A stretch of DNA of 12,540 bases from positions 1 through 12,540 of the forward strand of contig JAEOTM010000059.1 in assembly GCA_016839815.1 (NCBI GenBank). Reading direction: 5' to 3'. Below, one piece after another: positions 1 through 7,944 of this stretch. Source of the DNA: Candidatus Hodarchaeota archaeon (GTDB lineage: Archaea > Asgardarchaeota > Heimdallarchaeia > Hodarchaeales > Hodarchaeaceae). The position numbers and the translations under genes were made by a program. The notes under the pieces were generated by a model. The model worked only from the letters and a program-made list of their open reading frames with translations. It ran no database searches and was not told the DNA's origin. How positions within the stretch are numbered: position 1 is the stretch's first letter; each line of letters begins with the position of its first letter.

Positions 1-1
1 T

Positions 2-736
2 ACCGTAATCGTCACTGGGATCGGACAAGCAGGTAAATTCAGCCATTTTATTGAAGGAAATATGATAAATGGACTTCATGGCCGATATCTCTCTAATGCA
101 TTAGCAATCAAAGCATCGAATCCTCAACTTGAGGTTTTTGCAATTTCAGGAGATGGGTGTACATATAGTGAAGGGGGAAATCATTTTTTGCATACAATAA
201 GGTATAATCCCTCCATAGTGAACATAGTCCATGATAATTCGGTATATGGACTCACAAAAGGACAAGCTTCTCCAACTAGTCAGATTGGGGTAAAAACAGG
301 TGTCCAGACACTCGGAGTATATAATTCTCCCTTTAATCCAATCGCTGTTGCTATTGCTCAGAATGCTTCATTTGTTGCGAGAGCGTTCGTAGGTCATGCA
401 GAACAGACAAAAGAAATATTGAAGAAGGCAATAACACACAAAGGATACGCATTAATTGATTTATTCAGCCCTTGCGTAAGTTTCAACCGTATAAATACGT
501 ATCAATGGTATAGAGAGAATACTTACTATCTAGACGACTCTTATTCTCCTTATAATCAGAAAGAAGCTCTGGGAAAAGCATTAGAACAAGGAAAGTTACC
601 ACTAGGTGTATTTTATATCAATGAAAGGCCCACCTACGAAGATAACATCCAAATTTACAAAAACGATAATCGACCATTATGGCAACGAGAACTATCGATG
701 GAAAAATTAACAAATCTCATTAACCAGTTTAAATAA
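2..736 (+). CDS. korB: 2-oxoacid:ferredoxin oxidoreductase beta subunit (TPP-binding), 5'-truncated by the window edge
   Basis: The frame is open from base 2 (TVIVTGIGQAGKFSHFIEGN-MINGLHGR), so the ATG at 62 is internal. Motifs: GIG..., LHGR, TPP-binding GDG...N (SGDGCTYSEGGNH...HDNSVYGLTKGQASPT) and SPCVSFN. Substrate specificity (Kor/Por/Vor) cannot be determined from sequence alone. Confidence 0.92.
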   Translation, partial: TVIVTGIGQAGKFSHFIEGNMINGLHGRYLSNALAIKASNPQLEVFAISGDGCTYSEGGNHFLHTIRYNPSIVNIVHDNSVYGLTKGQASPTSQIGVKTGVQTLGVYNSPFNPIAVAIAQNASFVARAFVGHAEQTKEILKKAITHKGYALIDLFSPCVSFNRINTYQWYRENTYYLDDSYSPYNQKEALGKALEQGKLPLGVFYINERPTYEDNIQIYKNDNRPLWQRELSMEKLTNLINQFK

Positions 737-765
737 GAAAAGTCCATTAGACTTAATGAACAGCT

Positions 766-1851
766 GTGATAAATATGACAACAACTCAAATGACTCTAGA
801 AGATGTACGGAACAAAGCACGTGAAAAACTGAAAGCAGCTCAATTTTGTATGGTGTATAAAGACTGTGATGGTGGTCCAACTCGTTTTTGCCAAGGTCAG
901 CATTATGGCAGACGTCTTGGCTTTGGAGGAATTGGCAGTGGGGCCTCATTCCATAATAACTGGTTAGCACTTAGAAAGCTCACTCTTAAAATGAAGCTTA
1001 TTGATAGTGAGCAGATGGCTCAATCAGAACCTGATACACGGTTCAATTTTTTTGGTAAAGATCTTTCAATGCCAATTATGTCAGCTTCAGTATCAGGAGT
1101 AAACTCATTTGGAGGAGATTCGGTGATCACAGAACGAGAGTTCTGTCATGCAGTAATTAACGGGTGTCGTGATGCGGGAACGATTGGTTGGCGTGGAGAT
1201 ACTTATACATATTCATTAGAAAATTCTTATGGTCTTGATGCCATTGCTGAAGGGAAAGCAGGGGGTGTTAAGATTGTTAAACCTCGAGAACAGGCGGTTA
1301 TAAAGCAATTCTTTAAGAAAGCTGAAGAAAGCGGAGCGACAGCTGTCGGTGTTGATACTGATGGAGCGGGGAGCTATGCTATGCGTACGAATAATAAACC
1401 CGTATTCAGAAAAACACCTGAAGATATTTCTGATTTAGTAAATTCTACTTCATTACCTGTTGTAATTAAAGGTGTAATGTGTGTCGAAGACGCAGTGGAA
1501 GCTGCTGATGCAGGAGTAAAAGCAATTGTTGTTTCCAACCATGGAGGTCGTGTTTTAGACCACACTCCCGGGACTGCTGATGTGTTACCTGCAATTGTTG
1601 ATGATCTAGAAGGCATGAGAGTCATGATAGTGGTCGATGGTGGGATTAGAACAGGATATGATGTGCTTAAGATGCTCGCATTAGGCGCTGATGCTGTTCT
1701 CATTGGTAGAGACATCGTAAGGGCAGCTATTGGTGGAAGTAGTGAAGGAGTTCGTCTACAAATGGATTTTCTACAGAAAACACTAGCCAAAGCGATGTTA
1801 ATGACTGGTTGTGTCTCTTTAACAAAAATTACGCGAGATATTCTTGACTAA
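766..1851 (+). CDS. FMN-dependent alpha-hydroxy-acid dehydrogenase/oxidase (L-lactate dehydrogenase/glycolate oxidase family) with Cys-rich N-terminus
   Basis: Motifs PVVIKGV, VVSNHGGRVLD (catalytic His/Arg), VDGGIRTGYDVLKMLALGADAVLIGR and AMLMTGC. The start is GTG 766 or, more likely, ATG 775. Confidence 0.93.
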   Translation: MINMTTTQMTLEDVRNKAREKLKAAQFCMVYKDCDGGPTRFCQGQHYGRRLGFGGIGSGASFHNNWLALRKLTLKMKLIDSEQMAQSEPDTRFNFFGKDLSMPIMSASVSGVNSFGGDSVITEREFCHAVINGCRDAGTIGWRGDTYTYSLENSYGLDAIAEGKAGGVKIVKPREQAVIKQFFKKAEESGATAVGVDTDGAGSYAMRTNNKPVFRKTPEDISDLVNSTSLPVVIKGVMCVEDAVEAADAGVKAIVVSNHGGRVLDHTPGTADVLPAIVDDLEGMRVMIVVDGGIRTGYDVLKMLALGADAVLIGRDIVRAAIGGSSEGVRLQMDFLQKTLAKAMLMTGCVSLTKITRDILD

Positions 1852-1885
1852 CAAATGGAAGTTTTAAACGCTTCTAGTTGTTTCC

Positions 1886-3001
1886 TTAAACTGAGAGTTC
1901 ACTCAACAATTCACTTAAGAGTCCTAGTCCTGCGAGAAAGTAATCTTTCTCAGAACCAATTCCAACACGAATATAATTATCCAATCCGAAACAATCTCCA
2001 GCAACAATGAAGCAGCTTTTTTCTTCTCTGAGTTTTGTAGTTAATTCTGTTGAGTTGATGGAGAAGTTATAACGTAAAAAAGCGAGTCCTCCTGCTTTCG
2101 GGGGGATGAAAGAAAATTTTTCCCCCTGATTCTCGACCCACTTTTGAAGAACAATTAGGTTTTCTTTTAACATTCTTCGATTACGGGTGAGGATTTTCAT
2201 TCGATTATCAGGCTGAAGTGCTTTAGTTGCTACCCAATTACTCAAAAATCCTGCTGATATTGAAGTATAATCATGGTAAGACCATGCTTTTTCAATAAAT
2301 GACTTAGGACCTAATAACCAACCAATTCGTAGACCTGGAAGAGCATACGCTTTGGAGAGACCACAAGCAATAATGGCTTTTTCATATCGTCCCCAGAATG
2401 TCGGTGTTTCTTTCCCATCTAATTCTGCACCTCGATACACCTCGTCTGCATACAACCACGCTCCTGCCTTTTTGGCTAGATCTACCAATTCATTCATCGC
2501 ATCTTCACTTAGAACAGCTCCTGTCGGATTATTAGGGTTGCAAACGGCAATCATCTTTGTCTTCTGAGTAATTAATCCACGAACTTCATCTAGATCTGGT
2601 TGCCAATCTAACTCCTCCTTCAGATGAAATGGACGTACTTTTACTCCAAACGATCGTGCAATTCCCCAGATTTGCATGTAGTTTGGAAGCATCAATATCA
2701 GTTCGTCTCCAGGTTCTAATAAACTCCAGATCACTACAAAATTAGCCTCTGATGAACCATTTGTCACCAAGACATTATCATGATCTGATTCAGGATAGAT
2801 CTGACTGATTGTATACCGTAATTCATCTGAGCCATTGGTTTGTCCATAACCTAAACGAAGTGTTAGTAATTCCTTTTGTTCTTCTTGGTTAAGAAGTTCT
2901 GTGAGTTTATATGGATGTACTCCACTTTCAGTCAAATTAAATTTCACTCGATTTTCCCAGATAGATTGCCTTCTTTCAAGTTCAAATGTTTCAATTTTCA
3001 T
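1886..3001 (-). CDS. PLP-dependent aminotransferase class I/II (aspartate/tyrosine aminotransferase-like)
   Basis: Motifs VTNGSSEA, CNPNNPTG, ADEVY and GLSKAYALPGLRIGW (PLP Lys), plus C-terminal YIRVG. Confidence 0.93.
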   Translation of the reverse strand: MKIETFELERRQSIWENRVKFNLTESGVHPYKLTELLNQEEQKELLTLRLGYGQTNGSDELRYTISQIYPESDHDNVLVTNGSSEANFVVIWSLLEPGDELILMLPNYMQIWGIARSFGVKVRPFHLKEELDWQPDLDEVRGLITQKTKMIAVCNPNNPTGAVLSEDAMNELVDLAKKAGAWLYADEVYRGAELDGKETPTFWGRYEKAIIACGLSKAYALPGLRIGWLLGPKSFIEKAWSYHDYTSISAGFLSNWVATKALQPDNRMKILTRNRRMLKENLIVLQKWVENQGEKFSFIPPKAGGLAFLRYNFSINSTELTTKLREEKSCFIVAGDCFGLDNYIRVGIGSEKDYFLAGLGLLSELLSELSV

Positions 3002-3005
3002 CTGA

Positions 3006-3983
3006 TCAGCTCGAATTTTTTTTATTTTTTGATAAGTATCCTTCGTATATTGCTTTTGAAATTTGAATGTCTTGGACTGCTACTCCTGTCAGATCAACGA
3101 TTGTTATTTCATCATCATTAGCTCGTTGAAGTTTTGGATTAAGAATCATGTTTCCTAATTCTATGATGTCAGTTATCTCAATATCATTATTACTTAATGC
3201 ATGAAAACACTCCCCTCGTGATTTAGCTTGAGAAAGACTATCGACAATAACACGATCTGCTTTAGCAAGTAGAGTTGAATCGAGTTCTTGTTTCTCTGCA
3301 GTATCTGATCCCATAGCAGTAATATGTGTTCCTTTAAGTACCTGATCAACCGTTATTAGGGGGACTTTTGATGGTGTACAAGTTACAATTAAATTACAGG
3401 AATTAGTAATTTCTTCAATATTCATAGTGGTCTCAATATCAAAATCTTCATAGCTCATGGATTTCTGATATTGTTGAAGAGAGTCTTCATTCCTTCCCCA
3501 AACCAGTGCTTTTCTGCAAGTAACTACAGCTTTCAAATACTCCAATTGCATTTTTCCCTGTACCCCCGTACCAAGAATTCCAATTCGGTTTACATTCCGC
3601 GGGGCTAAATACTTAGCAGCAATTGCACCAGCACTGGCGGTTCTAACGTCTGTTAAATATCCCTCATCTAATAAAATACATTCAATAGCTCCATTTTGCT
3701 GATTAAATACGATATTAAGACCGTTACCAGAAGGTAATCCGAGTTTCGGATTATTGTAAAAACCTTGCGCAATTTTAATGACGTAATAAAGATCATTTTT
3801 AATAAAGCCATATTTAATGTGGCAATCTCCAGGATAATCTGGGTTATCAAAAGTCATTTCCCCTACAGGAGGAACAATAACTTTCCCTTGAGAATATGCA
3901 ACAAATCCCTCTTCTATAAGTCGGATCGGATCAATATCTTGAAGAATTTCCTTAATTGTGTCTAATTCAATAATTTCAGTCAT
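3006..3983 (-). CDS. Ornithine cyclodeaminase/mu-crystallin family NAD(P)-dependent enzyme (EutC-like branch)
   Basis: Motifs GFYNNPKLGLPSGNGL, LTDVRTASAGAIA, Rossmann GTGVQG, HITAMGSD..KQELD and DLTGVAVQD. Confidence 0.92.
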   Translation of the reverse strand: MTEIIELDTIKEILQDIDPIRLIEEGFVAYSQGKVIVPPVGEMTFDNPDYPGDCHIKYGFIKNDLYYVIKIAQGFYNNPKLGLPSGNGLNIVFNQQNGAIECILLDEGYLTDVRTASAGAIAAKYLAPRNVNRIGILGTGVQGKMQLEYLKAVVTCRKALVWGRNEDSLQQYQKSMSYEDFDIETTMNIEEITNSCNLIVTCTPSKVPLITVDQVLKGTHITAMGSDTAEKQELDSTLLAKADRVIVDSLSQAKSRGECFHALSNNDIEITDIIELGNMILNPKLQRANDDEITIVDLTGVAVQDIQISKAIYEGYLSKNKKNSS

Positions 3984-3986
3984 TAT

Positions 3987-4775
3987 TTAATCCCTCTTAA
4001 GAAAACTCTGAATAACTGAATAAAGATGTCTTGGATTTTGTTCTGCCATTTCATGGTCACTTTCAGCTATATAGAAGATTGTAACACCTCTATTAAATAG
4101 GATTTGTTCTGCAGGGTATTTTCCTTTATTATTCTCACCATAAATATAACATTTTTTAATAGGTAAGGAAATATAATCTTCTAGTAATTGAGGATTCCTT
4201 GATAATCTAACTGTATCATCTGCACTCTTGTGGAGAGCAGTTGATGATGATTTTTGAAACTCTTGTAGATAAGAAGGATAATCTATCAGTAGTTGTTCGA
4301 ATTCCCCCCTTCCAGAATCTAAAAACTCGTCATATGTATAATCAAGAATTTTTCCAGTGACAAAACAGTCATCAAGTGTAAGATTTCCTTCTAAATTAAT
4401 AAAAGAGAGTACTTGGGGAGGTGATTGATTGATCATCTCCATAGCTACTAATCCGCCCATTGAGTGTCCACAAAGATGAAATGAATCTATTTCCAACTGA
4501 TTTAACACTTGAAGCATTATAGCTGCTTGATTTGACATCTCATAGCTGAAATTCTCGTGTTTAGTACTTTTTCCAAATCCAATGAGATCTAGTGAAACCA
4601 AAGGATACTCTTTAAGGGAAGGATCATCAAATGCAAATCGAAAAAACTCTTTAGATGACCCAAATCCGTGGATAAATACGACAGAGGGTTTCATTCCTTC
4701 TTCATTTATTCGTCTTGTGTAAGCGACATCAAGTTCTTTACCGATTGGCAGTAATTCTTCGACAACAGATGACAT
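3987..4775 (-). CDS. Alpha/beta-fold hydrolase
   Basis: Oxyanion motif VFIHGFG, DLIGFGKS, nucleophile elbow GHSMGG and C-terminal catalytic His (SDHEM). Confidence 0.9.
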   Translation of the reverse strand: MSSVVEELLPIGKELDVAYTRRINEEGMKPSVVFIHGFGSSKEFFRFAFDDPSLKEYPLVSLDLIGFGKSTKHENFSYEMSNQAAIMLQVLNQLEIDSFHLCGHSMGGLVAMEMINQSPPQVLSFINLEGNLTLDDCFVTGKILDYTYDEFLDSGRGEFEQLLIDYPSYLQEFQKSSSTALHKSADDTVRLSRNPQLLEDYISLPIKKCYIYGENNKGKYPAEQILFNRGVTIFYIAESDHEMAEQNPRHLYSVIQSFLKRD

Positions 4776-4784
4776 AAACGAATT

Positions 4785-4790
4785 CCACCT
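4785..4790 (-). promoter_or_regulatory. Shine-Dalgarno-like site (AGGTGG) for the alpha/beta hydrolase
   Basis: The minus strand reads AGGTGGAATTCGTTT-ATG(4775). Confidence 0.5.
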
Positions 4791-4807
4791 AAATCTTCAT
4801 AAAAATG

Positions 4808-4821
4808 TTAAGACATCTTAA
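4808..4821. promoter_or_regulatory. Inverted repeat TTAAGA-CA-TCTTAA, possible operator overlapping a TATA-like element
   Basis: Perfect 6-bp arms with a 2-bp spacer in the 65-bp intergenic gap upstream of the hydrolase-cyclodeaminase-aminotransferase genes. Confidence 0.3.
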
Positions 4822-4840
4822 ATGTGGTGATTGAGGGAAA

Positions 4841-5656
4841 TTAGGTCTTCGAAAAACCTCCATGATGAAATTCGATTTTGTACTCTAATTTCTCTTTCTT
4901 ACAAAAATCCCTTATGGCTACTTCTACTGATTCCCAGTAACTTCGATCTTTTCGTAATTCTTCATACACAGGAAGATGTTGTGGGAAATTTTCTTTAATT
5001 ACTTGAAGAATGCGGGGAACATTATGGGGGCGGAAATTTAAGTTTTCAAACATATATTCGTGAGTAAATTCTTTTGTCTGGGTGATTAGTTCCTTAAAGT
5101 CTGTGATTTCAGGAAAGTAGGGGGAAATAAATGTGTAGGTATCAATTCCTGCCTCTGAAATCTCTTTAAGTGCGGAGATTCGATCTGATGGTTTAGATGC
5201 TCCTCTCTCGATAGTTTTTGCAAAAGAATCATTTAGTGTGCTAATAGAAATACCGACTTTGATGTTCTTATATTGTTGAAAGAGATCGATATCTCGGGTA
5301 ACCAGCTTAGATTTCGTAAGAATCGAGAGTTCTGCTTCTGTTTCGACAAGTTTCTCTAAAATCTTTCGAGTATTTTGATATTTCTTTTCGAGGGGGAGAT
5401 AAGGGTCTGTAACGGAACTCAGTAATAAGGTCTTACCATTATATTTTCGTGGTTTTATTTTATCAAAGTCGTATTTCTTAATATCAAGGAACTCCCCCCA
5501 TTTTTCCCCTTTATGACCTGTAAATCGAATCATGAATTCTGCATAGCAGTAAATACATCTATGTTGACAACCAGTGTAAGGATTAATCACAAAATCTACA
5601 GAAGGAATATTACTTTTAGTGATTATACTTTTAGCTTCGCGAAAATTAATTTTCAT
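4841..5656 (-). CDS. Radical SAM protein, spore-photoproduct-lyase-like (SplB/Rv2578c-like) family
   Basis: INPYTGCQHRCIYCYA (CX3CX2C), LSSVTDPYLPLE, ILTKSKLVTRDIDL, and ASKPSDRISALKEI...GI.TYTFISP. Confidence 0.88.
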   Translation of the reverse strand: MKINFREAKSIITKSNIPSVDFVINPYTGCQHRCIYCYAEFMIRFTGHKGEKWGEFLDIKKYDFDKIKPRKYNGKTLLLSSVTDPYLPLEKKYQNTRKILEKLVETEAELSILTKSKLVTRDIDLFQQYKNIKVGISISTLNDSFAKTIERGASKPSDRISALKEISEAGIDTYTFISPYFPEITDFKELITQTKEFTHEYMFENLNFRPHNVPRILQVIKENFPQHLPVYEELRKDRSYWESVEVAIRDFCKKEKLEYKIEFHHGGFSKT

Positions 5657-5677
5657 CTCAATAAAACCTATTCTGTA

Positions 5678-6709
5678 TTATGATTCCATAATAATCTTCT
5701 GTAACAGTTCTTTATCAATATTCCCTCCACTAAGAATGCATACTACATTCATATCTGGAGTTACTGAAATTTTTTGAGCATAAAGAGCTGCTATTCCTGC
5801 TGCTCCAGCAGGTTCGGACACAAGCTTTGTTTGAAGAAGAAGTAGCCGAATAGCGTTAATAATCTCGCTATCCGACACAAGAACAATTTCGTCCACGAAT
5901 TGTTGTACATGTGCTAGGGTAAATTTTCCAGCAAAAGGAGCAGCTAGGCCATCAGCAATGGTATTTATTTCTTTTAAGGATACTACAGAATTTTGACGAA
6001 GACTTTCATGCATTGCTGCGGCACCAGTTGGTTCAACACCTATCACCCTAACATTAGGATATTGTAATTTAATTGCTGCTGCAACACCCGAGATCAGTCC
6101 TCCCCCTCCAACGGGAACAATAACCAAATCAGGAATTGTGGAGATGTCCTCTAATACTTCTAATCCTAATGTTCCTTGTCCAGCAATAATTGATAAGTCA
6201 TCGAAAGGATGTATTAGAGTTAAACCTCTTTCTACTTGTATTTCCTTCAATTTCTCCATAAATGCGCTTGAATTTTCAAGAGAAATGACTTCTGCTCCAA
6301 GTTGTCTTGTGGTTTCCACTTTATTTTGAGCGGCATAATAGGGCATGATAATTACGGCATGAATTCCTTCGTTTTTACAGGCATAAGCGAGACTTTGCGC
6401 ATGATTACCTGCAGAAATAGTGATTACACCATCCTTTTTTTCCTTCTTAGTAAGGGATTGAAGTTTGTTCAGCACCCCTCGTAATTTAAATGAACCCATT
6501 TTTTGAAAAATTTCCGCTTTAAGGTGAAGATTGAGATCAAGATTTTTAACTAACTTTTTGGATGAAATTAAAGGTGTGTGATAAACTTGACCAGAAATCA
6601 CATCTTTAGCGTCAATGATATCCTGTAAAGTTACTAATTTCTCCTTTCGTACCATTTTAACCAACATAGGATTTTCATTTGGTAGATTAATTAAGGTGTA
6701 TTCCTTCAT
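5678..6709 (-). CDS. PLP-dependent serine/threonine dehydratase (fold type II), no ACT domain
   Basis: Motifs TPL, LKAEIFQKMGSFKLRG (PLP Lys), SAGNHAQ, HPFDD..IIAGQGT, PVGGGGLISG, EPAGA and LSGGN. Ala in SAGNH (Ser in racemases) favours a dehydratase. The true start may be the downstream ATG at 6667 or 6655. Confidence 0.92.
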   Translation of the reverse strand: MKEYTLINLPNENPMLVKMVRKEKLVTLQDIIDAKDVISGQVYHTPLISSKKLVKNLDLNLHLKAEIFQKMGSFKLRGVLNKLQSLTKKEKKDGVITISAGNHAQSLAYACKNEGIHAVIIMPYYAAQNKVETTRQLGAEVISLENSSAFMEKLKEIQVERGLTLIHPFDDLSIIAGQGTLGLEVLEDISTIPDLVIVPVGGGGLISGVAAAIKLQYPNVRVIGVEPTGAAAMHESLRQNSVVSLKEINTIADGLAAPFAGKFTLAHVQQFVDEIVLVSDSEIINAIRLLLLQTKLVSEPAGAAGIAALYAQKISVTPDMNVVCILSGGNIDKELLQKIIMES

Positions 6710-6755
6710 TCATGAATTTTTTCATAAGATAAAGAATATAGAATTATGTGTAAGC

Positions 6756-6763
6756 TTTTTAAC
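6756..6763 (+). promoter_or_regulatory. Putative archaeal TATA box (TTTTTAAC) for a leaderless transcript of 6787..7911
   Basis: It lies 24-31 nt upstream of ATG 6787 in the divergent intergenic region, and there is no clear SD before that ATG. Confidence 0.3.
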
Positions 6764-6786
6764 AAGAGGCCCAACCTAAGTAATTT

Positions 6787-7911
6787 ATGTCTTCCAGAAC
6801 GGTTCCTATTTCTAGGGGAGTTATCTTACTGTTTCTTACCTTATTATTCACCTTACCAACCTCACTATTTAGTCATGGTTATACAATTCCGAATAAACAA
6901 GAATTTCAACCCGCAGAAATAGCGCATACTGAATCAGCACCAAATTTAGTCGTTACGGAACCTGAAAACCTTTCTGTGATAAGTGGTTGGTTTTTTATTT
7001 TAGTAACTGCTACAGATGATGTTGCAGTGGACAGTGTAATCTATCGTGAGAGAGATTCTACAACTTCTATTCCTTTAGCTCAAAATAGTACAAACCCTTC
7101 TCAATTTAGAGCAATTGTTGATTCTCGTACTTTTTCCAATGGAATCAAATTTCTAGAAGTAGTCGCTTATGATACGAGTAATAATTTTACTCAAGTTCTC
7201 TTAATTCTAGCTTTTCAGAACTTGGAAGCAGAAGCAGACATATATGGATATAATGCCTCAAGATTAGCAAAAGATTGTCCTTGTTTGACTGATGATAATG
7301 TTAGTTCGTTCTGGACGTTTGTACCTGCGAAATCAATTCCCGAATTTGGAGGATATGTTAAATTTGCTCATAACTTCTCTGATATATACGGACTCTTTGT
7401 GTATGATAGCTCATTAACATGGATAAGTCTTCAGTTTGACAATGACGGTAATGGAATATGCATGGAAGATGGTGAGGATATTTGGTGGTTTCTAGAAGGA
7501 AGAACAGAAACCGATTACACAGCCAATAGCTTTAAGGTACCAGTCATAGATCTATCTCAAGATCTTGAATTTGAAAGGGGATCGATAATAGGTAATAACA
7601 CAGATTTGAAATTTATTGAAATAACCCGTCCTTTTAAAACAGATGAGGCAACAGATGTGGAATTCACATTTGGATTCCCCGTTGGAATGATCTTTGCGAG
7701 TGATGCAGTACATCAAGGAGGAATTAGAGCAAATTTTACCTTAGCTCTCAGTTCCAAAATACCAGAAAATCTAACAGAGACCGACTCAACTGAGCTCCCC
7801 GGAATTGCGAAATCAGATCGATTTGCTGAATTAATATATTTCGGTGGATTGGGATTCGGAATCAACGTTATAATCATATTAGGGTTACTTTTTTACAATA
7901 AGAGACGATAG
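6787..7911 (+). CDS. Secreted, C-terminally membrane-anchored protein with an Ig-like domain and a DOMON-like domain
   Basis: N-terminal signal-peptide-like hydrophobic stretch. Ig-like segment (PNLVVTEPENLSVISG...VTATDDVAVDSV...DSRTFSNG...LEVVAYDTSNN). DOMON-like pattern (VKFAHNFSDIY, WISLQFD, CM..G.DIW, EITRPFKT....DV.F, IFASDAVH). C-terminal TM followed by NKRR. Confidence 0.65.
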   Translation: MSSRTVPISRGVILLFLTLLFTLPTSLFSHGYTIPNKQEFQPAEIAHTESAPNLVVTEPENLSVISGWFFILVTATDDVAVDSVIYRERDSTTSIPLAQNSTNPSQFRAIVDSRTFSNGIKFLEVVAYDTSNNFTQVLLILAFQNLEAEADIYGYNASRLAKDCPCLTDDNVSSFWTFVPAKSIPEFGGYVKFAHNFSDIYGLFVYDSSLTWISLQFDNDGNGICMEDGEDIWWFLEGRTETDYTANSFKVPVIDLSQDLEFERGSIIGNNTDLKFIEITRPFKTDEATDVEFTFGFPVGMIFASDAVHQGGIRANFTLALSSKIPENLTETDSTELPGIAKSDRFAELIYFGGLGFGINVIIILGLLFYNKRR

Positions 7912-7944
7912 CAACTTAAAATTAAATGATAGGAATTATAAATC

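Noticed and set aside
62-736. ATG 62 as the start of the OFOR beta gene
   Set aside because: The frame is open to the window edge and encodes the conserved GIG motif upstream, so the gene is 5'-truncated.
707-3965. Small alternative ORFs 707-970, 1374-1790, 2352-2567, 2876-3121, 3668-3850 and 3765-3965
   Set aside because: They are antisense or out-of-frame shadows of well-supported enzyme genes and have no motifs.
5678-6709. Serine racemase or biosynthetic IlvA assignment
   Set aside because: SAGNH has Ala at the racemase catalytic Ser position and there is no ACT domain, so no gene symbol was given.
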